Assembly (NCBI GenBank): GCA_034716895.1
Contig: JAYEKW010000062.1
Span: forward strand, 17,885 to 81,884
Source of the DNA: Fidelibacterota bacterium
Lineage (GTDB): Bacteria > Fidelibacterota > UBA8477 > JABMPR01
Length of the DNA stretch: 64,000 nt
Direction: 5' to 3'
The notes below the pieces were generated by a model. That model made no database searches. It saw only the letters and a list, made by a program, of their open reading frames with translations, and had not been told where the DNA came from. Within the stretch, counting starts at the first letter, position 1. Each line of letters opens with the position of its first letter. Positions 10,598 to 18,167 of the stretch are shown one piece after another. Made by a program: the position numbers and the translations under genes.

Positions 10598-11266
10598 ATG
10601 AAACTATGGAAAAAAATGAGGGGTGGAGCTGCAGCTGTTGCAGCGCTGACGAAAACACAGGTCGAGGTTTCTGAAGTAAGCCAACTTCAGGCTGAAGTAG
10701 ATGAGTTACGGGCAGCTATTGGTGTAACATTTACTGGTCTGGGGAGCGCATATTATGACTATGCCAGCGAAAGTAAGGTGGAGGGGATTCCCAACGAAAT
10801 TGATGAACAGCTCAAGCTTTTATTTGACATGCATCATAAGTTGGCAGAGAAAGAACAACAACTCGCCGGAATAAAAGCAGAATATGAGGAACAGACCTTA
10901 TCATTGAGTCACTTTCGTGAATTCAAGGAGGCTCTTGATGAGGCGGGGGGCTCGATTGAATACGTCACCGTTGAGGAATCATCTCCCTTTTTGTACAGGA
11001 CCGTCAGTGAGATGGGATTCCCAGAGGATATTCTGGCTGGCATGATCATACGCATGGGCAACGCTTTGATTCCAGGGGGGGATACTCGCATCGAAGTAAA
11101 CGATAAAATTGTTCTCCTGGGCAAGAAGGAAGCTGTCGTCGGGCTACTGCATAAATTTAAAAGTGAAGGGGAACAGGAAATTGTTCCCGCCAAGAATGAT
11201 GAAAAAGATAAACCTACACCATCAACAAAGCCTGGCACAAAAAAAGCAACAGCAAAAAAGAGGTAG
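10598..11266 (+). CDS. Coiled-coil protein with a C-terminal TrkA-C (RCK_C) domain
   Basis: 222 aa. The C-terminal FLYRTVSEMGFPEDILAGMIIRMGNALIPGGDTRIEVNDKIVLLGKKEAV is a typical TrkA-C fold. It has an N-terminal coiled coil and a basic tail. Confidence 0.6.
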   Translation: MKLWKKMRGGAAAVAALTKTQVEVSEVSQLQAEVDELRAAIGVTFTGLGSAYYDYASESKVEGIPNEIDEQLKLLFDMHHKLAEKEQQLAGIKAEYEEQTLSLSHFREFKEALDEAGGSIEYVTVEESSPFLYRTVSEMGFPEDILAGMIIRMGNALIPGGDTRIEVNDKIVLLGKKEAVVGLLHKFKSEGEQEIVPAKNDEKDKPTPSTKPGTKKATAKKR

Positions 11267-11365
11267 AGGCAAAAACAGAAGGAATGAAAGCAGATGCTAA
11301 ATCTGAGTATCTAAAATAATTAGCTACTTTAAAAGATGGAAGAAAAGATCTTCAAAGCAAGTATG

Positions 11366-11513
11366 ACGCCACCGCAAAAAGTTCCTTACGGTTGGAAAAT
11401 CATGCAATATGCACGTACATCAATAATAATAACCAGATAGTATAATATTGACTATGTCTATAAATACCAATACTATGCGACCTCGCGGTTAGACTTTTTG
11501 CGAGGCCGTCAAT
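11366..11513 (-). repeat. MITE-like element, copy C (diverged, minus orientation)
   Basis: ccaccgcaaaaagttccttacggttggaaaatcatgcaatatgc matches the reverse complement of the 3' end of copies A and B. The far end (agactttttgcgaggccgtcaat) matches the rc of the 5' TIR. Confidence 0.7.
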
Positions 11514-11612
11514 ATTTGCCTTGTTATCGAAAAAAATCCCCGCGACTTTTTGCACATCTCATGCTTAACATAAGACTGGTTTAATTCAAGAAAGAGCACT
11601 AAATATCATTCG

Positions 11613-12500
11613 ATGAAAGAGAATAACATGAAAAAAAATGTATCATTAGTACTGTCTGGCGGAGGAGCGAGAGGAATCGCACATATTGGGGTAATTGAAG
11701 AACTGGAAAAGCAGGGCTATAATATTCACTCTATAACAGGGACCTCTATGGGCGCAGTGGTTGGTGGGGTATATGCTGCTGGAAAACTTAAGGAGTACAA
11801 GAGTTGGATAACATCACTCGATAAAATGGATGTGTTTAAACTGCTTGATTTTACGGTTGGTAAGCAAGGTTTTCTTAAGGGGAACAAGGTCTTTGAAGCG
11901 CTGAAAGAATTTATACCAGATTTGAGAATTGAGGATATGGAAATTAATTATTCTGCAACAGCTACTGATTTAACAAACAAAAAAGAAGTTCTTTTCACAA
12001 AGGGCAGTCTTTATGACGCAATGAGGGCGTCTGTTGCAATACCAAATGTCTTAACGCCAGTCAAATACAAGGGATCCATACTTGTAGATGGTGGAGTGGT
12101 AAATAATATTCCAATCAATTGTGCAAAACGAATTAAGAATGATATTTTAATTGCAGTTGATGTTAATGCTAACGTTCCTTTAATTAAAGTAAAAGACAAA
12201 CATGATAATTCTAAGGATAAAGACTCTTCATATTATCAGAAAGCACTAAGGAAAATTCAAAAGCAATTAAACATGGATATATCTTCTACAGATGAGGTTA
12301 GCTTAAGCTCTTTTGATATTATGAGTAAATCTTACGAAATGATGAGCGACAAAATAGTTGCCATGGCCCTTGATGTAAATCCACCTGATATTTTAATAGA
12401 AATATCAGGTGAGAGTTGTAGCATATATGATTTCTATGAGGCCGAAAGGTTGATCAGAATTGGACAAAAAGCCACAGTAAAAAGCGTGAATGGAAGTTAA
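11613..12500 (+). CDS. Patatin-like phospholipase (RssA-like)
   Basis: Has SLVLSGGGARGIAHIGVIEELEKQGY (oxyanion Gly-rich loop + R) and GTSMGA (GxSxG serine). Length 295 aa. The coding sequence is AT-rich. Confidence 0.85.
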   Translation: MKENNMKKNVSLVLSGGGARGIAHIGVIEELEKQGYNIHSITGTSMGAVVGGVYAAGKLKEYKSWITSLDKMDVFKLLDFTVGKQGFLKGNKVFEALKEFIPDLRIEDMEINYSATATDLTNKKEVLFTKGSLYDAMRASVAIPNVLTPVKYKGSILVDGGVVNNIPINCAKRIKNDILIAVDVNANVPLIKVKDKHDNSKDKDSSYYQKALRKIQKQLNMDISSTDEVSLSSFDIMSKSYEMMSDKIVAMALDVNPPDILIEISGESCSIYDFYEAERLIRIGQKATVKSVNGS

Positions 12501-12778
12501 TATTTAGTTTGAGTACTGTAGGCAAATCGAGGAGATGCATTTTATATGGGATGCAACGCAGAAGGAATTTAGCGAACTCAAAGAAGCCAGCGAAGAATCC
12601 TGGGAAGATCTTAAATCTGGAGTTGAGCTTTCGTGGAATTCACTCGGTAAGGCGGTGAGATCTGCCATTTCGAGGTTTAAATGAAATAGCCTAACAATCG
12701 CATGCACTCGGACATCAAAAAGCGTCGCTCCCCGTTCCTCGTCGCGTTGCTTTTTGCTGTCGATGATGGGCGTTATAC

Positions 12779-13099
12779 GTGAATGGATTAAATATGAAAA
12801 ATATTATTAAATGGATTATCGTATTACTCATAAGTAGTAGTTTTCTTGTTAATTGTGAGGGAAAAACAAAAAAACAAAAAAACCAATCAACGAATAAACC
12901 TATCGAAAAGATATCTCAGGATGCAAACATAAAAAAAGATAGCACTCCAAGTGGAAACCCTAGGATAATTCAAAAACAAATAAAATCTGTTGATGATATA
13001 GTAAAAATAGATGCGAAATTTGTAAAACCAATTGACTATACAAATGTGATTTCTCTAAATGAGTTAACTGTTCTGGAAAAAAAAGAAAAAATTTATTGA
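12779..13099 (+). CDS. Small lipoprotein, hypothetical
   Basis: Signal peptide with lipobox (LLISSSFLVNC). Lys-rich and extremely AT-rich coding sequence. Confidence 0.5.
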   Translation: MNGLNMKNIIKWIIVLLISSSFLVNCEGKTKKQKNQSTNKPIEKISQDANIKKDSTPSGNPRIIQKQIKSVDDIVKIDAKFVKPIDYTNVISLNELTVLEKKEKIY

Positions 13100-13253
13100 T
13101 TTAATACTGCCTGGGATTCTAATTGCTAAATATAAATATTCTCAATTACTCGAGAAAGTAAAAGTTATTTCTAAGAAGGAAACAAAGACGGCAAAAGAAC
13201 AAGAACACATAGATGAATTAATTAAAACATACAGTGCCAAGGATGTAGAAGAC

Positions 13254-13697
13254 TTGAAAAACCGTTTATTAACGCACCCAACAAGCATTATTTTGGCTCA
13301 AGCTTCTATAGAAAGTGGCTGGGGAACATCTCGCTTTTTTCTTCAAGGAAGAAATCTTTTTGGTGTTTGGTCTTTTAATAAAAATGAACAGAGAATTCAA
13401 ACTAAAGGAACCCGAGACGGGAAACATATGTATGTAAAAAAATATTCTACTATTTCTGAATCAATCGAAGATTATTTTAAAATATTAGCCAGAGGAGGAG
13501 CATATGTCCGATTCAGGGCAAGAAGAGCATCGACAAATAATCCTTATGAAATAATTAAGACTCTTGATAAATACTGTGAACTTAGAGAAAAATATGTTGT
13601 TAAATTAAAGAACCAAATTAGTTATAATAAATTTGAAAAATATGATGCGTATGAATTAGATCCTCAATACCTGCGCAATTTTCATTTGATGATGTAA
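13254..13697 (+). CDS. Glucosaminidase-domain protein (FlgJ/Bax-type mannosyl-glycoprotein endo-beta-N-acetylglucosaminidase family)
   Basis: ILAQASIESGWGTSRF is the family signature, and LFGVW follows it. The TTG start is uncertain. AT-rich. Confidence 0.65.
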   Translation: MKNRLLTHPTSIILAQASIESGWGTSRFFLQGRNLFGVWSFNKNEQRIQTKGTRDGKHMYVKKYSTISESIEDYFKILARGGAYVRFRARRASTNNPYEIIKTLDKYCELREKYVVKLKNQISYNKFEKYDAYELDPQYLRNFHLMM

Positions 13698-13836
13698 AAA
13701 GGGGAAATGTGCGCCAGCCAAGCGAAGCTGGTGCTTTCAAGCTGGACAATCCAGGCCACACAAAGGCTGGTAAGTAAGTGTGGTTATCTTAAAGTGAACA
13801 TTACCCCAACAAAAACGTTAGGACCCCCTGGAGGGG

Positions 13837-14448
13837 ATGATGAATACATTTGTTAATGTAATAATATTGATGTTGATGCTTTTGAACCCGTTTCTGTTGG
13901 TTGTTTATCTCACTGACATCATGAGAAATAAAAGTGACAGATATTTTGCAAGGTTAATGTTTTCATCAGGCCTGATTTCTATAACTGTATTTTCTCTATT
14001 TGCAGCAGTGGGTGATTATATATTTAGAACTGTACTGCAAGCTGAAATGGCTTCCTTTCAAATATTTGGTGGGATTATATTTCTCATTATTGCTTTAAAA
14101 TTTGTATTCAACAGCGAATCTGCAATGGACAGTTTGCGAGCCGATTCAAAACATCTAAGTACAAATATCGCTATGCCAATCATGGTTGGCCCCGGAACCA
14201 TTGGCGTGAGTATAATGGCTGGTGAAAGACTCGAGTTAAAGATGGCTATTCTTGCGGTTGTAGTGAGTGTAACCATATCAATCACTATCATCGTTCTTCT
14301 GAAGAAGCTATTTGATGTTATTGCCAGAAAACGAGAGTCCCTGATTGAGCAATACATCGCTGTTTCAGGTAAAGTAACCGCCTTGATCCTGGGGACTTAT
14401 TCTATTGATATGATAATGGCAGGATTAAAAATCTGGCTAAATAAATAG
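13837..14448 (+). CDS. MarC family (UPF0056/NAAT) integral membrane protein
   Basis: 203 aa with six hydrophobic segments. N-terminal NPF...Y motif typical of MarC. Confidence 0.7.
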   Translation: MMNTFVNVIILMLMLLNPFLLVVYLTDIMRNKSDRYFARLMFSSGLISITVFSLFAAVGDYIFRTVLQAEMASFQIFGGIIFLIIALKFVFNSESAMDSLRADSKHLSTNIAMPIMVGPGTIGVSIMAGERLELKMAILAVVVSVTISITIIVLLKKLFDVIARKRESLIEQYIAVSGKVTALILGTYSIDMIMAGLKIWLNK

Positions 14449-14613
14449 CAACGTAAGTAGCCCGTATATTTTATAAAGCAGTACTCTTTGACTTGTTATT
14501 CCAATTTCTGACTGCTTATGTCGGAATAAATCGGTCTTCAACGGTCATACCGTCCGTTTTCGGTTAATGGTAAAGCCAAACAAATCTAGAACAAAATTAA
14601 ATTACACAACTAT

Positions 14614-14849
14614 GATGGTCTCGCAAAAAGTACCTCTCGCCCGCCTGCGTATAACTTCGTGCGGGCAGGCAGAGCACGCAGAGCGTTGTATTGAGCCCTT
14701 CGGTTAAGCTCAGGAACCACCTGTCGAAATAGTGCAGAGTATTGATATTAATGGATATAGAAGTATTTGCGTTATGTGGTAAAGATTAAATGAGTTAGGG
14801 CGTATTTGATGATTTTTCAACCGTAAGGAACTTTTTGCGGTTTCGTCAA
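14614..14849 (+). repeat. MITE-like intergenic element, copy A (with a ~55-bp internal insertion relative to copy B)
   Basis: Near-identical to 17941-18121 apart from the extra block cgttgtattgagcccttcggttaagctcaggaaccacctgtcgaaatagtg. The termini tctcgcaaaaagtacc / ggaactttttgcggtttcg form terminal inverted repeats. Confidence 0.85.
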
Positions 14850-15236
14850 CTTTCAATCCAGATATAGTATGATCTAGTCATATACAACCGAATTTCGCGT
14901 TTTCCAGTCAGATCAGTGCAAACTCCAGTAAATACAAATCTCGCACACAGGAAGTCAAACACAATGACAGTGCTTGCATTTAAGCATGTGGCATGGTAAT
15001 ATATCGTGAACTAATCATTAGTGGACATATAGTAGCGCATGCTATTATTAGTATACTGTTATATTGTTTTGTAATAAGCAAAAAGAAAAGACGTGAAGGG
15101 GGATAGGGGACGAGCAAACTTCTGGAGCAACAACACCAGGTTATCCAATACAGTATACGACAGGTAATGGGTATGTTTAGGCTGGAGAAAACAAAAACTA
15201 AGAAAAAACCGATTATGGGACAGAATTTATAACATT

Positions 15237-15905
15237 ATGAAAGTACAAAAAAAAGAACCTCTGGTAATTAAGGATTGTGCGCTTATCGCCCTGGCAACTG
15301 GCAGGAAAGCTCGGACACTCAAAGAACTACGCGATAATCTTGAAATAATTGAATCGGAAAGTATTTACTACCATTTCTGGGGCAGTCTTCTGCGCCCCCG
15401 TTTTGAGGATGCGGAATATCATAATGATTTTGCTGCGTGGGCCGCTCATAGTTTGAATGATAAAAAAATGGCCGAACAACTCGGGGTGGTGGATCCTACA
15501 ACATTTACAACCATGGATAATCTGCGATTTGAGTTACTGGAAATTATTGATGAAAGAATAGATGAGTTAGATGTTTTGCCCACAGCAAGCCGGGATAAGC
15601 AATTTGAATTTATCAGCTCAGAGATTGTTGTGTTTACAACCATGCAGACAGTCATTGAACCTGAGATAATGAAAACGCTTGTGTTAGAACTATCACTGGG
15701 CAGTATTTTTTATCACTTTATCGATGCGCGACGCAGGACATCCGAATCAATTGATGATTTCAGCCATTGGCTCATGTCATTTGGTGATGAATATGAAGAT
15801 GCCATCAACGGCATCGCCGATATTGACCCATACTTTTCACCCCTCACCGATTTACGCAATCAGTTGAGTGAAACCCTAATGAACCAGATACAGGATAAAA
15901 AATGA
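15237..15905 (+). CDS. Conserved hypothetical protein, translationally coupled to treT
   Basis: 222 aa, acidic and soluble. Its stop overlaps the treT start (ATGA at 15902-15905). No recognisable catalytic motif. Confidence 0.6.
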   Translation: MKVQKKEPLVIKDCALIALATGRKARTLKELRDNLEIIESESIYYHFWGSLLRPRFEDAEYHNDFAAWAAHSLNDKKMAEQLGVVDPTTFTTMDNLRFELLEIIDERIDELDVLPTASRDKQFEFISSEIVVFTTMQTVIEPEIMKTLVLELSLGSIFYHFIDARRRTSESIDDFSHWLMSFGDEYEDAINGIADIDPYFSPLTDLRNQLSETLMNQIQDKK

Positions 15906-17143
15906 ATCGTTTGATATTTGATTACGCGCCGATAACAGGACTGGATGTAATTGAACAGCTCCAACAGTTAGCCAAACCGCTTAAAGGGTTGCGCGTTGTG
16001 CATGTCAATTCCACCAAAGCCGGGGGTGGGGTTGCAGAAATATTGGATAAAATGATCCCGCTCATGAACGATTTGGGAATTGATACGAGCTGGGAAGTTA
16101 TCAATGGAAATCCTGATTTTTATAGCTGCACCAAACATTTCCACAATGCTATTCAAGGCAATAATGTACAGATACCAGCGCGTTTGCTACAGGCTTACGA
16201 GAGGACAAACACGGAAAATGCCAGTCGTCTGGAAGCAAAACTCCGCGATGCAGATGTGGTCTTTATACATGATCCGCAACCGGCTCCACTGCTGCAAAAC
16301 ATTAAAGGCAGAAAGGGAAAATGGATCTGGAGATGTCACATCGATGCAAATAAACCTAACAGGCCAGTTTGGAAGTATTTGCGAAATTATATCGCTCAGT
16401 ATGATGCCAGTATATTCTCCCTGGCTGCTTTCGCCCAACCCATGCCGCATCCTGTTTATCTCATTCCTCCCAGTATTGATCCATTGAATGAGAAAAATAT
16501 TGAGTTGGATACCAATGAGATATCTTCAGTTTGTGATCAGTTCAATATCGACCGGGATGCCCCTTTGTTGGTGCAGATCTCTCGTTTCGATCGCTTTAAG
16601 GACCCCATTGGAGTCATTCAGGCTTTGAAGCATGCAAAAAAGTTTGTACCCAATCTGCAATTGGTTCTTGCAGGGGGTGGCGCCAGCGATGATCCTGAAG
16701 GTGAGGAAGTATTAGAGGAAGTGAGATTGGCCTCAAATGGTGATCCGGATATTCACATTTTAGAGCTTCCCAACGATGCTCATCGCCAAATAAACGCACT
16801 TCAATCAGCGGCTACCATCGTCATTCAGAAATCAATTAGGGAAGGCTTTGGCTTAACCGTTACTGAGGGTATGTGGAAGCAAAAACCAGTTATCGGGGGA
16901 GATACTGGTGGGATACGACTCCAAGTGATAAATCATCATACGGGTTTTTTGGTTAATTCTCCTGAAGGGGCTGCCTTGCGTATTCGACATCTTCTTGGTA
17001 ACCCACAAAAATTATCAGAAATGGGTGTGAAGGCAAAAAAGTTTGCGAGAGAAAACTTTTTAATCACAAGGCATATCCGTGAATACTTGACTCTCATGCT
17101 TTCGTTGGTAAGCGGCACAAAACACAGAATTGACCTAAAATAA
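15902..17143 (+). CDS. treT: Trehalose glycosyltransferring synthase TreT (GT4; NDP-glucose + glucose to trehalose)
   Basis: 413 aa. Collinear with archaeal/bacterial TreT blocks: VHVNSTKAGGGVAEIL, FHNAIQGN, HDPQPAPL, WIWRCHID, PPSIDPLNEKNIEL, QISRFDRFKDP, DDPEG, SIREGFGLTVTEGMWKQKPVIG, HTGFLV, AKKFARENFLITRH. Confidence 0.8.
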   Translation: MNRLIFDYAPITGLDVIEQLQQLAKPLKGLRVVHVNSTKAGGGVAEILDKMIPLMNDLGIDTSWEVINGNPDFYSCTKHFHNAIQGNNVQIPARLLQAYERTNTENASRLEAKLRDADVVFIHDPQPAPLLQNIKGRKGKWIWRCHIDANKPNRPVWKYLRNYIAQYDASIFSLAAFAQPMPHPVYLIPPSIDPLNEKNIELDTNEISSVCDQFNIDRDAPLLVQISRFDRFKDPIGVIQALKHAKKFVPNLQLVLAGGGASDDPEGEEVLEEVRLASNGDPDIHILELPNDAHRQINALQSAATIVIQKSIREGFGLTVTEGMWKQKPVIGGDTGGIRLQVINHHTGFLVNSPEGAALRIRHLLGNPQKLSEMGVKAKKFARENFLITRHIREYLTLMLSLVSGTKHRIDLK

Positions 17144-17166
17144 AACCATTACTGGAAGATTATTAT

Positions 17167-17940
17167 ATGAAGAGACTAAACAATGATATAGACCTGCGTA
17201 AATTTTATAAAAAGCTGGATTCGGATGGCCCAAAATTGCTCTTCTTGGATTATGATGGAACATTGGCACCTTTCTGCGATGACCCACAGTTGGCCTATCC
17301 ATATCCAGGTATAAAAAGTATGCTTGATGCAATCATCAGTAATCCCACAGTACGGCTAGTTATTATCACGGGAAGGTCTATTAGCGAACTGCAAGCTTTA
17401 CTTGACCTGAAACAGGATGTAGAGATATGGGGCACCCACGGTCATGAGCACCTGCTCCCCAATGGAGACTATTCCTTGGTTGATCTTAGCCCGAATCAAA
17501 ACATGGGTTTAAGCTTGGGTGTTGATGCGGCTTTGTCTGTAGAGCCTTTGCTCAGGGTAGAAGAGAAACCTGGTGCGGTTGCTTTTCATTGGCGAACTAT
17601 TCAAGCCAAAGATGTTGAGAGATTTCAAAACCAATTAACAATGAAACTTGAAAATATTTCCCAGCATCACGAGTTGGTACTTAAGAAATTTGATGGGGGG
17701 CTGGAGCTTATCTCACCAACAATGGACAAAGGTAGGGCTGTTCGAGAAGTGCTGCGAGAAGTAACCCCAAATACGACAGTGGCTTACCTTGGAGATGATC
17801 TTACGGATGAGGATGCTTTCTGGGAACTAAAATATAAAGGACTGACAGTACTTGTTAGAGATGAATTGCGTGAAACACAGGCGAACCTCTGGATACAACC
17901 ACCTGACGAGCTTCTTCAGTTTTTAGAAAAATGGAAATAG
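17167..17940 (+). CDS. otsB: Trehalose-6-phosphate phosphatase (HAD family)
   Basis: LLFLDYDGTLAPF (HAD motif I), LVIITGRS, and YLGDDLTDEDAF (motif III). 257 aa. Confidence 0.85.
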   Translation: MKRLNNDIDLRKFYKKLDSDGPKLLFLDYDGTLAPFCDDPQLAYPYPGIKSMLDAIISNPTVRLVIITGRSISELQALLDLKQDVEIWGTHGHEHLLPNGDYSLVDLSPNQNMGLSLGVDAALSVEPLLRVEEKPGAVAFHWRTIQAKDVERFQNQLTMKLENISQHHELVLKKFDGGLELISPTMDKGRAVREVLREVTPNTTVAYLGDDLTDEDAFWELKYKGLTVLVRDELRETQANLWIQPPDELLQFLEKWK

Positions 17941-18121
17941 GATGGTCTCGCAAAAAGTACCTCTCGCCCGCCTGCGTATAACTTCGTGCGGGCAGGCAGA
18001 GCACGCAGAGGCGCAGAGTATTGATATTTATGGATTTAGGGGTATTTGCGTTATGTGGTTAATATTAAATGGGTTAGGGCGTATTTGATGATTTTTAAAT
18101 TACTTTTTGCGGTTTCGTCAA
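17941..18121 (+). repeat. MITE-like intergenic element, copy B, inserted between otsB and otsA
   Basis: Begins at the base after the otsB stop codon. 181 bp, with the same TIRs as copy A. Confidence 0.85.
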
Positions 18122-18167
18122 ATAGAAGAAACTGAACGAAAAATTATCCAAGAGGTAAGCAAAAAAA

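Noticed and set aside
11267-11340. Possible C-terminal continuation of the TrkA-C protein past its stop
   Set aside because: The in-frame read-through gives only a short Lys-rich tail before another stop. No evidence for a frameshift.
12504-12707. Minus-strand 67-aa ORF, plus an unlisted +strand 49-aa ORF at 12535-12684
   Set aside because: The minus ORF is Ser/Leu low-complexity. The + ORF (MHFIWDATQKEFSELKEASEESWEDLKSGVELSWNSLGKAVRSAISRFK) looks more protein-like but is too short and lacks support, so it is left unannotated.
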